Shown here: positions 45,701 to 58,156 of the stretch, in pieces
Position numbering within the stretch: position 1 is the stretch's first letter
Layout of the letters: every line of letters begins with the position of its first letter
Origin: Eledone cirrhosa
Lineage: Eukaryota
Assembly (NCBI GenBank): GCA_964016885.1
Contig: OZ024741.1
Coordinates: forward strand, 14,198,001 to 14,262,000
Direction of reading: 5' to 3'
DNA: 64,000 nucleotides
Position numbers and translations under genes: made by a program
Notes under the pieces: generated by a model
What the model saw: the letters and a program-made list of their open reading frames with translations, nothing else
Database searches by the model: none
What the model was told of the DNA's origin: nothing

Positions 45701-47679
45701 TCTATTCCCACTACACCACGCCCTATTCCCACTACACCACGCTCTATTCACACTACACCACGCTCTATTCCCACTACACCACGCTCTATTCCCACTACAC
45801 CACGTTCTGTTCCCACTACACCACGCTCTATTCACACTACACCACGCTCTATTCCCACGACACCACGCTCTATTCTTACGACACCACGTTCTATTCCCAC
45901 TACACCACGCTCTATTCACACTACACCACGCTCTATTCCCACGACACCACGCTCTATTCCCACGACACCACGTTCTATTCCCACTACACCACGTTCTATT
46001 CCCACTACACCACGCTCTATTCACACTACACCACGCTCTATTCCCACGACACCACGCTCTATTCACACTACACCACGCTCTATTCCCACTACACCACGCT
46101 CTATTCCCATGACACCACGCTCTATTAACACTACACCACGCTCTATTCCCACTACACCACGCTCTATTCCCACTACACCACGTTCTGTTCCCACTACACC
46201 ACGCTCTATTCACACTACACCACGCTCTATTCCCACGACACCACGCTCTATTCTTACGACACCACGTTCTATTCCCACTACACCACGCTCTATTCACACT
46301 ACACCACGCTCTATTCCCACGACACCACGCTCTATTCCCACGACACCACGTTCTATTCCCACTACACCACGCTCTATTCCCACGACACCACGTTCTATTC
46401 CCACTACACCACGCTCTATTCACACTACACCACGCTCTATTCCCACGACACCACGCTCTATTCCCACTACTCCACGCTCTATTCCCACGACACCACGCTC
46501 TATTCCCACGACACCACGCTCTATTCCCACGACACCACGCTCTATTCACACGACACCACGCTCTATTCCCACTACACTACGCTCTATTCCCACTACACCA
46601 CGCTCTATTCCCACTACACCACGTTCTATTCACACTACACCACGCTCTATTCCCACGACACTACGCTCTATTCACACTACACCACGCTCTAATCCCACGA
46701 CACCACGCTCTATTCACACTACACCACGCTCTATTCCCACGACACCACGCTCTATTAACACTACACCACGCTCTATTCACACTACACCACGCTCTATTCC
46801 CACGACACCACGCTCTATTCACACTACACCACGCTCTATTCCCACGACACCACGCTCTATTCCCACTACACCACGCTCTATTCCCACTACACAACGCTCT
46901 ATTCACACTACACCACGCTCTATTCCCACTACACCACGCTCTATTCCCATGACACCACGCTCTATTAACACTACACCACGCTCTATTCCCACGACACCAC
47001 GCTCTATTCCCACGACACCACTCTCTATTCCCACTACACCACGCTCTATTCACACTACACCACGCTCTATTCCCACTACACCACGGTCTATTCCCACTAC
47101 ACCACGCTCTATTCACACTACACCACGCTCTATTCCCACGACACCACGCTCTATTCCCACTACACCACGCCCTATTCCCACGACACCACGTTCTATTCCC
47201 ACTACACCACGCTCCATTCCCACTACACCACGCTCCATTCCCACTACACCACGCTCCATTCCCACTACACCACGTTCTATTCCCACTACACCACGCTCCA
47301 TTCCCACTACACCACGCTCCATTCCCACTACACCACGCTCCATTCCCACTACCCCACGTTCTATTCCCACTACACCACGCTCCATTCCCACTACACCACG
47401 CTCTATTCACACTACACCACGCTCTATTCCCAATACACCACGCTCTATTCCCACTACACCACGTTCTATTCCCACTACACCACGCTCTATTCACACTACA
47501 CCACGCTCTATTCACACTACACCACGCTCTATTCACACTACACCACGCTCTATTCCCACGACACCACGTTCTATTCCCACTACACCACGCTCTATTCCCA
47601 CTACACCACGCTCTATTCCCACGACACCACGCTCTATTCCCACGACACCACGCTCTATTCCCACGACACCACGATCTAT
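21741..47679. repeat. ~26 kb satellite array, 21-bp unit CACCACGCTCTATTC(C/A)CAC(T/G)A, about 1,235 copies
   Basis: Continuous tandem units with higher-order block duplications and a few 19-20 bp units that shift the frame. Confidence 0.98.
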
Positions 47680-47759
47680 CTGTTTTCTATCGCTACTTCT
47701 TTACTAGAAACTATTGATTCTCTAGAGAGCGTCCCACAACCTGCTGTTGACGATTGCTC

Positions 47760-47762
<3 letters not shown>
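47673..47762 (-). pseudogene. Decayed Tx1/L1 ORF2 fragment (right flank of the satellite)
   Basis: [30 protein letters not shown] aligns with GAIVNSRWWVSLKREIRVSSIGYSKELAANRNRMER at 60665-60773. Confidence 0.8.
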
Positions 47763-47818
<56 letters not shown>

Positions 47819-48002
47819 TGTGCGTGTCTCTCTGTGTGTGTGTGTGTGTCTCTCTCTGTGTCCCTCTCTTTCTCTGTATGTGAGTGTGTGTGTCTGTGTA
47901 TGTGTATGTCTTTGTGTGCGTGTCTCTCTCTGTCCGAGTGTGTGTGTGTGTGTGTGCCTGTGTATGTGTGTGTCTCTGTCTCTCTCTGGATGAGTGTGTG
48001 TG

Positions 48003-48090
<88 letters not shown>
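47762..48090. repeat. (GT)n/(CT)n microsatellite
   Basis: Direct inspection. Confidence 0.95.
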
Positions 48091-48094
<4 letters not shown>

Positions 48095-48579
48095 TCTATT
48101 TGTTTATAACCCGTAATATAACAATTCGACAAATAGAAATCGATTAAATAAATACCACACTTGACAAAAAGATAACATTGATATCGATATGATCGATTAC
48201 AATCATGAAGGCACTGCCCCAGCATGGCCAGGTTTTTATGAGTGAAACCAGTGAAAGAATAAGAGATTGCTACCTAGGGTTAGTGAGCCTGTCAATATGC
48301 TGATCTTCCTACCTGTTCATAGGTTGTTTATTGTCATGTTAAGAGAAAGGTAAGAGTGTTTTAATGACATCACATTTCACCTGAAACTGATAAGAATCTA
48401 AGAGTTGAGCTGTTATCAAGATATCACAAATAATTATTAACATATGATCAGTGATTTGTAACCAACCAACCGTGTATGGCATGTTTATGTCTCTCCTTTA
48501 CATTCCTATCGTTTAATGGGGCCCCATTAACTCCCTTATTCATTGTGTTGTTTGTTGTTGACATTTATTGTTGTTATTT

Positions 48580-48932
48580 GTGGTGGATTGGCAGAATCAG
48601 TAGAGCATCGAACAACATGCTTTGTGGTATGGAATTACGTCTCTTTATGTTGTGAGTTCAAATCCCAGCGAGGTTAGCTTAGCCTTTCATCCTTACGGGG
48701 TTGATAAACTAAAGTACCAGTAATGCAATGGGGTCGATTTAATCAACTTCCTCCACCCCCCAAATTATTGGCCTTGTGCCTAAATCGGAAGTCATTATTA
48801 TTATTATTATTATTTTACGGTCTGAGTTCGAATCCCGCCGAGGTTAACTTTGCTTTTCATCCTTACGGGGTCGATAAAATGAAGTACCAGTAATACACTG
48901 GCATATTCCCAAAGTAGAAACAATTATTATTA
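48580..48932 (+). mobile_element. tRNA-derived SINE (full copy 48580-48812 and partial copy 48816-48932)
   Basis: A box tggcagaatcagtag, B box gagttcaaatcc, shared body and (att)n tail. Confidence 0.82.
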
Positions 48933-49070
48933 TTTATTGTTGTATAGCCAGATCAGCTCTGGTTTAGACAGACCTAGTCTATATGCAAATGAGAATAATC
49001 AGCCCACCTACACGGGCGAAAAGCTATATATTATCGCACGTTTCCAGTTCCAGCAAAGAGCAGAAGAAAC

Positions 49071-49113
49071 ACTGTCCTGATGAGTGCGAGAGCTAGAAAT
49101 GCGCATACACAGT
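49071..49113 (+). ncRNA. Minimal hammerhead ribozyme
   Basis: actgt-c-CTGATGA-gtgc(gaga)gcta-GAAA-tgcgca-TA-c-acagt, lying between TA tracts. Stem II is weak. Confidence 0.62.
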
Positions 49114-49151
49114 TGTCCCCCGCTGCTTTTGCTAGGATCCGCTTGGTGGCG

Positions 49152-49230
<79 letters not shown>

Positions 49231-49287
49231 CTTCGACACACGATTTCATATAAAAAACCTCGCAAAACTAATATATATAATTATATA

Positions 49288-49325
<38 letters not shown>

Positions 49326-49474
49326 GTTATACTTTGGGAGGGTCATGTTGCCAATAAGAAACACACGCACCAGTTACTTTCACTTCAATTTATTATAATA
49401 AATTTATAAATTTATAAATCTATAAGTTTCTGGTTGGTTGGTTGGTTCCACAACCAGATAGTTGTTTATATATT

Positions 49475-49517
49475 GTCATAGTTCTTTCGTCACACACTCT
49501 GTGACCTCTTCAGTGAC
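49475..49517 (-). ncRNA. Minimal hammerhead ribozyme
   Basis: Reverse complement of 49654-49696. Confidence 0.78.
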
Positions 49518-49653
49518 TGGGGATTCTTTTCTTCTTTGTTTTTGTGCCTCTCCTTTGTTCTATCCTACGCCATTTTGTTTCTGTGTGTGTGTTCAAAATG
49601 GCGTAGGACAGAACAAAGGAGAGGCACAAAAACAAAGAAGAAAAGAATCCCCA

Positions 49654-49696
49654 GTCACTGAAGAGGTCACAGAGTGTGTGACGAAAGAACTATGAC
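49654..49696 (+). ncRNA. Minimal hammerhead ribozyme
   Basis: gtca-CTGAAGA-g-gtcaca(gagtg)tgtgac-GAAA-gaac-TA-tgac. Confidence 0.78.
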
Positions 49697-49925
49697 AATA
49701 TATAAACAACTATCTGGTTGTGGAACCAACCAACCAACCAGAAATTTATAGATTTATAAATTTATAATAATAAATTGAAGTGAAAGCAACTGGTGCGTGT
49801 GTTTCTTATTGGCAACATGACCCTCCCAAAGTATAACAATATCGGTTTCAACACACGATTTCAGATAAAGAATCTTGCTAAACAAATTCAGAAACGAAAT
49901 ATATATATATATATATATATATATA

Positions 49926-49991
<66 letters not shown>

Positions 49992-50141
49992 AGAGTTTCA
50001 AATTAGTCTGGAACTAGCTATTGAAACGGCAAGAGCTCAGCCGTCGGGCCCGACTCTTTATAATCTAGCCATACTCTACTACCCCAAGTTTCGAGTACTT
50101 TGTTGAGAAATGATCTACTAGTTTAAAACTGACGCCATCCT

Positions 50142-50180
<39 letters not shown>

Positions 50181-51469
50181 TAATATATATATATGTAATG
50201 TGTTTGTGTGTGGGAGAGCGAGAGGGGGAGGGAGAAAGTGAGAGAGAGAAAGAGAGAGAGAGGAGAGATGTTTGTGTGTGTGTGAGAGATGTGTGAGAGA
50301 GAGAGAGAGATGTGTTTGTGTGTGGGAGATTATGTGTGTGAGATAGAGAGAGAGGGGGGATATTAGTAAGTAAAGAATTGTGTGGACCTGATATTAGAAA
50401 AAGGAGAAGGTTATGAATGATAGAATAGTCACGAGTGAAGAATGTAAGAATATATGGCAGCAGTCCCAGGAGAATTGGAGGGAAGACATCTTGGAAAAAA
50501 CACCAAGCACAACACAAAACAGAAGGATTAGTAATAAAAGGAAATGTATAAACGGCTCTTTTTTGTGTGTGTGGAGATTAATGTATGTGTATATAAATAA
50601 TGGTGATAGATAGAAATAAGAAATCTAGAAATTGAGGCTTTAACATGGATGTTTGCAGTGGATGAAGTGGTCTCGGGAACAGACTACATGAAATTCCGTA
50701 GAGAAAAAATATAAATAAAAACGAAAAACCGAGTGATTCCCCAATATGGAGAATGTCTGAGAGATGAGAGAAAATGTCTAAGAGGAAAAGAGTGAACGTT
50801 TTTCACATTTGATCAGTGAATGCAGTAAATTAAATTAGATGAGAAGGAACAGAAAGACAAGACGTGATGGTGTCAGATGAAATGTCCATTGAGAATTAAG
50901 CGAGGAAATATATATGAGAAAGAACAAAGAAATGACTTGAATACCAACGTCCAAGTATAATTGAGTCGAAAGACAACACGACTCTTTGAGGTTTCTCTAA
51001 CCAATGTAAACACAAGAGCAAAAAATAGGGGATCTAATGTTGTGGGGTGAGGACAAACATTCAAATGGAAGAGAAATCAAGAGTATAAGACCTGTGCCTA
51101 TGACACCTTTCAGAGCCTCTTAAACTAATGGGAGGAAGGGTGGGAGAGGAAGAAAAAGTATTCTCAAACTGGAGACTTTGTTTAAAATCTTTCAACAGAA
51201 TTCACTCCACAAAAATATCACATGATTCGGACGGTGGTGTTAAACAGGGTTAAAGTAGGCTACAGTGGGATTTGAAATCAGAACGTACCTTAGTTAAATA
51301 TTTCACCTTTTACTAAATAATTAGAAGGAAAGTGCCAGAATAAACAGGGTAAGGCATTGTCTGGCGTTCTACCAATTCTCTTAGATTGTTCTGAAGTTAA
51401 TGCAGATTAACATCAAAACAATCTTAAGTTAATGCAGCTTGGACTCAGCTATTAACCGGATCCGCCCCA

Positions 51470-51600
51470 CACATTCAAACCCCACCGAGGCTAACTTTTC
51501 TTTTCATCCTTCCAAAGTCAATAAACTAAAGTACCAATCAGGCACCGAGATCGATATAATCGACCCTCCCTCTTGTTGGCTTTGTACCTAAATTAGATAT
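51470..51600 (+). mobile_element. Partial SINE of the 48.6 kb family
   Basis: ttcaaaccccaccgaggctaactttt..catcctt..taaagtacca..ggctttgtacctaaattag. Confidence 0.65.
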
Positions 51601-51844
51601 CACTCTACACACATACACCCAGTGTTCGAGTATTGTTAACCTGTTGAGTTATGTCGTATAACTGCTAACACGTATGGGATGATCCGGTTATTAGCTGAGA
51701 CCATCGTAGACATCACCTCGCCGCCTTCTTTTGGTTAGGAACGTCAGTTTTCATCTGTCTGCTGACCTTGGTGAAAAGGTTGTCGTGATCAACATTAAAA
51801 TGACTGGAGATAGACGCTTTCCTATTTGAGTAAGGTCTCATAGA

Positions 51845-53305
51845 CGTTTCCAAGTTTCACTTGAAAAGGAAATTGAGGGTGAAGAGAGAAGTGCTGTTTT
51901 CTATCAAATTTGTTGAAAGGTGGATGAAAGTGGTAACCATATGTGGCAAGTGAAGGGGCCTGCTCTTAATGTGTATCTGGGGAGAGTTTCAGTGACCGTG
52001 GCTTTTGTGAATTTTTTCAACGAGTATCCCTTGGAAATCACCCTCTATTTGAGAATTTTTTTTGTTTCTATTTTATTGTTACCCATTTTGTTTTGTTCGC
52101 TATTTTACACTCTACAAGCTTTTCATGTAAACCCACACTACATCGTCATGTACCGTTCTAGACGTCATTCATGCAACATGTCTTTCCTCAGCTCATCTCC
52201 CTGACAGAGCGACAGTCCTGGGTCAAGCGCAGCCCGAGGTTGGGCGACTGATAGCAAGAATGCTGTCAAGTGTTCATGGTACTTTACCAACTGAACGATG
52301 CAATAGATGGTTAGAAAACATCACTTGCATTCTATAGAGGGTTAGTAGAAGGTATGCGTGACGATGGCCTGGGATCGACTCTGAGGTTGACGAAGACAGT
52401 CTGAACAGGCTCTTCTGGAGGACTCTAAGTTTGGGGATTATGGACGATTTTCAAAAGTCCTTGGCACCACCGTGTTACACAGGGGCACTACCAGCTGGAG
52501 ATAAGCTCTCTAGGCACGGGTGCTAACAGCCAGACATGTCCGAGATGTAGGACGAAACCGTTCTATTATCGCTCAGTGCCTGTGCATTGCAGAATTGTGG
52601 GCTTGTGTCGAACAACTGCTGTCACGTGTAGGACAGAACCACAAACTTCTTTTAGGAGGGAGGCCTAACATGTCTCCCTCTACCTGGTAGCTATGGTGAA
52701 GGAAGCTGTATGGTGGACTCACCTCAATGATTGAGGAAAGGAATCTGTCCCTCCAGCCAAGCCCTCATCAACTTCTTCAAGTTTCATTTGAAGAGGAAGG
52801 TGATGGTAAAGAGAGAGGTACAGTACAAACTTCCAGTGTTTTATGAAAGATGTGTGAGAGCGGTGAGATTGAGGGTAGAGAAGGAGGGGCTACCGTTTAG
52901 GTTAGGGAAGAGAGTGAGGGGCTGTCTACCGGTGGGTTTTATGAAAGTTAGGTGAGAGCGGTGAGATTGATGAGGCTGAATAGGTCAAGTTTGACTGTTT
53001 TTCTAAGTAGGAGGAAGGAAACTGGGAGAGGGCACTTTCAATGCCCGTGATGCAACAATGTAACCCAGGATTCTCTGGAATCACCCTAAAGTACAGCCCC
53101 CCCCCCAATATTGGGGAACTGTTCCTTTTTGACATTCATTATTGCTATTGTTTTCTAATGTGATATTTATTACAAATCCCATTATTGTTTTTTCTAATGT
53201 TTTCTCTTTAGTGGGGTCCTCTTTCCTTCACTCCATGTAAACCCCACTCCTACCCTGTTGTATTTTTTGTCCTTGTACCATCCTCAACGTATTGGGCCTT
53301 CGTGC
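51845..53305 (+). mobile_element. Two decayed 3' fragments of Tx1/L1-type LINEs (~51845-52135 and ~52180-53305)
   Basis: KFHLKRKLRVKREVL..FVERWMKV, then FPQLISLTE.QSWVKR..FYRGLV..MDDFQKSLA..CPRC..ELWACVEQLLSRVG..AMVKEAVWWT, homologous to the ORF2 C-terminus of the long copies. Confidence 0.8.
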
Positions 53306-53332
53306 CTCCCCCCCCCCAAATTCTTATTTTTA

Positions 53333-53659
53333 AAGAATTCGAATTTTGAAAGCCACAACAATACGGGTTTGGACGGCAAATAATTTAATGGTAAGAAACT
53401 AGGGTTGTTTTTTACCTTAATTTATTCATATGTCCTGATATTTCGAGATTGACATCTCTTCTTCCGAAGAAAGTAAAGGAACTATTCCAGTGTCCGATGT
53501 GGTTAGCTATACCTTTATTTCCTCGGAAGAAGAGATATTAATCTCGAAATATCAGGACATATGAACAAATTAAGGTAAAAATAAAACAACCCCTGTTTCT
53601 TACAATTTAATTATTCTCCGTCCAAACCTACTGTTGTGGCTTTCAAACTTCCAATTCTT
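53333..53659. repeat. Fold-back element (arms ~53333-53479 / 53512-53659) with an HHR-like motif in each arm
   Basis: Diverged ~147 bp inverted arms. Confidence 0.85.
53520..53557 (+). ncRNA. Hammerhead-like motif with a CGGAAGA core (mirror copy 53433-53470, minus strand)
   Basis: tcct-CGGAAGA-a-gagat(atta)atctc-GAAA-ta-TC-agga. Confidence 0.58.
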
Positions 53660-54362
53660 TATACCATATCCAATGCTTTATACCATATCCAATGCTTTAT
53701 ACCATATCCAATTCTTTATACCATATCCAATGCTTTATACCATATCCAATGCTTTATACCATATCCAATTCTTTATACCATATCCAATGCTTTATACCAT
53801 ATCCAATGCTTTATACCATATCCAATGCTTTATACCATATCCAATTCTTTATACCATATCCAATGCTTTATACCATATCCAATGCTTTATACCATATCCA
53901 ATTCTTTATACCATATCCAATGCTTTATACCATATCCAATGCTTTATACCATATCCAATGCTTTATACCATATCCAATTCTTTATACCATATCCAATGCT
54001 TTATACCATATCCAATGCTTTATACCATATCCAATTCTTTATACCATATCCAATGCTTTATACCATATCCAATGCTTTATACCATATCCAATGCTTTATA
54101 CCATATCCAATTCTTTATACCATATCCAATGCTTTATACCATATCCAATGCTTTATACCATATCCAATGCTTTATACCATATCCAATGCTTTATACCATA
54201 TCCAATGCTTTATACCATATCCAATTCTTTATACCATATCCAATGCTTTATACCATATCCAATGCTTTATACCATATCCAATGCTTTATACCATATCCAA
54301 TTCTTTATACCATATCCAATGCTTTATACCATATCCAATTCTTTATACCATATCCAATGCTT
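53650..54362. repeat. 19-bp minisatellite TCCAAT(G/T)CTTTATACCATA, about 37 copies
   Basis: Homogeneous units with a single variable site. Confidence 0.97.
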
Positions 54363-54418
54363 CAAGTAAACTACTAATTTCTTCTGTTTTTATTTTTGTT
54401 ACTATTTTTTTTTTTATT

Positions 54419-54815
54419 GGGCGGTCGATTGGCAGTATCGGTAGAGCGTCGAACGCCATGCTTTGCAGCAAAGACTTACGGCTCTTTATGATCTGAGTTC
54501 AAATCCCGCCGAGGTTAACTTTGCCTTTTATGCTTACGTTGCTGGCCTTGTGCCAAAAGTAGAAACAATTATATATGTAAGCATGCGGATTGAGCGGTGG
54601 ATTGGCAGTATCGGTAGAGCGTCGGACGGCATGCTTTGCAGCATAGAGTTACGGCTTTTACGTTCCGAGTTCAAATCCCGCCGAGGTTAACTTTGCCTTT
54701 TATCCTTACGGTGTCGATAAAATAAAGTACCAGTCATACACTGGGGTCGATTTAATCAACTTTCCCCACCCCCAAATTGCTGGCCTTGTGCATATATAAG
54801 AAACCATTATTATTT
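54419..54815 (+). mobile_element. Two tandem tRNA-derived SINEs (54419-54571, internally deleted; 54593-54815)
   Basis: tggcagtatcggtagagcg A box and gagttcaaatccc B box. Same family as the 48.6 kb copies. Confidence 0.85.
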
Positions 54816-55227
54816 TATTGTAAAATATCATTATCATAACCATTGTTATAGATGTCGTAGCGAACAGCTCTGAAGATGTTATTTCTAAGGCTTTCACTCG
54901 GTCATGGCTGGTTGCTATTGAATGTTCTTTTAACTGGTTTATAGCCACATCATTTTAATAGAGACACCTCTCTTATACTCTCCTTTAGGCTACACAATTT
55001 ACGACCTAATTATTTTCTGTCATATCATATCGAACTGACGGCCTTCAACTAACTGTTTACAGCTGTTTACATACAGACACAGGTACAAACACACACATAC
55101 ACACACTTACACAGGTACAAACACTCATACACACACTCACACAGGTACAAATACACACATACACACATACACACACACTCACACACTCACACAGGTACAA
55201 ACACACACACGTACACTCACACAGGTA

Positions 55228-55263
<36 letters not shown>

Positions 55264-55379
55264 CTCACACACACACAATTTCAAGCAAAATTTTGTTTAT
55301 AATTTTTTTCTCTTTATTTTTCTCTTTATATTGTGTTCTTTACTTTGTAACTTCCCTCCTTAACCCCCCCCCCTTTACT

Positions 55380-55530
55380 CTCTCTCGGAGTTCCTTTTCT
55401 CCTCCTCTTCGAACTTTCCTGTCGAAGGAGTTATGTCCGAAACGTTGAAACCTCCTCCACTTCCACCAAGCGTGAACCTAATAAAACTGTGCACAATTGC
55501 CTCCTGTGTTTTGTTCGTTCATTACAACTA
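55380..55530 (+). mobile_element. PLE-type 3' end with a degenerate HHR (55415-55450)
   Basis: tttc-CTGTCGA-a-gga..tcc-GAAA-cg-TT-gaaa, then an aataaa tail running into (TA)n. Confidence 0.5.
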
Positions 55531-56134
55531 TATATATTTGTATATAAAAATATAAATTAGCGAGAATCGCATTTCGGTTATTGGAAATTAGCGAAAAACA
55601 ACTTCTGAAATGTGTGGCAAGCGTTCAATAGAAACGAGTGAACTAGAGCAATAAACATACGTTAAAAGGCCAAACACACTGAGACGATGATTAAACCATT
55701 AACCGCAAAGCCATAGAAGCGAGCAAGCTATTCGGGTCAAACAAATAATAAAATAGGATTGAAAAATATACCCGGACCCTTTCGGAAACGGTGGTAAAAC
55801 CCCAATATGGGATTTCTGCAACTCCTAAATCAGGTAAACAAATAATGTTAAGCTTTTGGTATGATGATTGAACAAGGAAGTCACTTTTTCAACAGGCATT
55901 TAGTTCTATGCAAAGCTAAGGAACTGACCGTTATCTGAACCCATGTGCGGGGTCAGAAGGGAGAGAGCCCCTAGTTTTGGCGGCTGAATTCAGTATATTG
56001 CAAAATTGCAAAATATCACAAAACGAATTAAGCTCTCAACAGAATAGTTTTTAAAATTAACATAAGCTCAATAGAATTAACTAAAAAAATCAAAAAAATT
56101 AACTGGTTAATAGCTAGACTCCTGAGATTATATT

Positions 56135-56943
56135 TGTATATATATAAAATTAAGTATGTGTGTGTGTGTGTGTCGGTGTGTCTGTGTATTACCTATAGGG
56201 GCCTACATCTTACGACCGATTTTCATGAAACTTTACAGGCTCATATATTAGTCATCGGGGAGTGTTTTCTATATATCAGCGTATCGTTTTTTTAATTCCG
56301 GAGTCATTCTGCATCGATAAAAATCGATAGGGGGGCACTGTTTTTTAGGTATCGAAAAATAAGATTTTTGGCTCTAGCTCCCACATTTTGCCACCGATTT
56401 CGTTCAAATTTTAAAGCGAAATAGAATTTATCATTGCACATCCTGTAATGGCTTTATATTTTCCATTTGTTGTTCAAGGACGGCGTGCCAGCCGCTTAAA
56501 TATTAAAAAAAACACTTTTAGACTCACATTTTTTCGGCTCTAGTTCCAGATTAATCAACCTACTTTGTTCAAATTTTACACTACGCTAGATCTGATTATT
56601 TCACGTCTTAAAGTGGCTTTACATTTTAGATTCTTTGTTCAGGAACGGCATGGCAGCCGCTTAAATATTCGAAAATACCACCTTTACGTTCTAATTTCCG
56701 CCTTTTCGGTTCTAGCTCCCACATTTTTCAACCAATTTCGTTCAAATTCGAAACTCCTTCCCCCAGCATACCCCTTCGTCAGTCACCCGCGTTTCTCAGT
56801 GATAGAGGTCATCACCACCCTCCCCGCATGGCCTGTGTGTAGCCATAGATGAGTCATCGAGAATCAGTCGCTAAGATCAACACCTTTTCATCAAAGCAGA
56901 TATTATTCTACCTACCCAGGCAACGCTGGGTACTGCTGCTAGT
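56135..56943 (+). mobile_element. Non-autonomous Helitron-like element
   Basis: 5' tatatatataaaa plus (GT)n, internal subrepeats (ggctctagctcccacatttt..), and a 3' hairpin acccaggcaacgctgggt followed by CTAG(T). Confidence 0.6.
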
Positions 56944-56953
56944 GTATACACAC

Positions 56954-57067
<114 letters not shown>

Positions 57068-58156
57068 TTGTGTGTGTGCATGTAAAAGGTAAACAGAAAT
57101 AACAACACAATCGGTACAGTATATGGAAGGGATATATTAGGTTAACGCTTGATATAGCAGGAAGAGGGTCTTAACATTTCGATATATATATATACATGGA
57201 TACGTACATATTCGCATAAGTACATGCATTATACACATAAGCACTGCTCGCAAACATACACTGCACACTCACATACACACATGTATACATACACATTCAC
57301 ACGCATATACATACACAAATACTGTATATGCACATATATACATACGCATAAATACACATGTACACACGCACATAACACTAAACACTACACGCACATACAC
57401 ACGCAAGCAAGATTTCACAGCTCTAGCATCACTCCTTCATAAGCTGACCAAGATACTCTCATGGAATGACCAAATGAGGTTTATTTTTCAACATAGTCCT
57501 TAGAAAGAAACAATGCAGTTATTGATAAGAAGAGTTGAATTTAATGCATGCAAGATTTCACTGCTCTAGCATTACTCCTTCATAGTCAGTCTATGAACTT
57601 TTCAGCCTACCCTCGGATATTACTATAGTTTATCATTCAAATCTTCAGAATTGTAATAACACATCTGATGTTTCAAAAGATGAGAACATCATGAATTGTA
57701 ATCCTGAAAAAGTTCGGCTTTATTAGATATCTATATTACTTAGTATTCACTGTTGTTTGTCCTTTAGTGCAATTACTATGGTATGGTCTCCTAACTCCTG
57801 AGTGGTAGGGGCGCCGTAATGATATACGGCGTTTCTTGGGCATTTAAAACCTGGCAGGGCCCATCACAGGAGCATCTCCAGGCCTGAGTACTGCAGATTT
57901 CTCCCGGAGAAAGATAGATAGATAAATTTCTATTTATTTGCCACGAGGGCACAAAAGAAGGGGACATTTACACAGTGGGGGAGTTTACATAAATCGAGTA
58001 AAGAAAAAAGGAATAACAATAATAATATAACAATAAAAAGTCCTCAAAAGGGAGGGGGCGTGTTGGGGATTGCACATACCCCCGAAAAGTGTGCAACTCT
58101 TTTCGCGGGGGAAGCCCAGAGAGGAGGCGCTCCCCCTTTCCTCTTCACTTCTTCAC

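Larger units (their letters stand above)
49321..49899 (+). mobile_element. Non-coding fold-back derivative of the 8677-10340 PLE family (arms 49321-49577 / 49594-49842, plus tail)
   Basis: Highly similar to that element's pLTR. 16 nt spacer and (TA)n flanks. Confidence 0.9.

Noticed and set aside
21741-47679. CRISPR array or telomeric repeat
   Set aside because: There are no unique spacers or cas genes, the context is eukaryotic, and the unit is not TTAGGG-like.
21651-47707. Giant ORFs (up to 5655 aa; TTPRSIP, HHALFPL, YSHYTTL) as a mucin-like or His-rich gene
   Set aside because: The 21-bp unit has no stop in any plus-strand frame. 19-20 bp units (~28959, 35521, 37240, 42500, 42658, 43308, 43922) switch frames freely. 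There is no signal peptide or unique domain, and the flanks are antisense LINE remnants.
50380-51120. Possible decayed retroelement or host exon
   Set aside because: No convincing motif or reading frame could be recovered by eye.
53634-54496. 225-286 aa repeat ORFs
   Set aside because: They are a by-product of a stop-free 19-bp minisatellite that is open in all three frames.
48580-54690. tRNA genes
   Set aside because: The A and B boxes are followed by a shared non-tRNA body and an (att)n tail, and no cloverleaf is evident. These are SINE heads.
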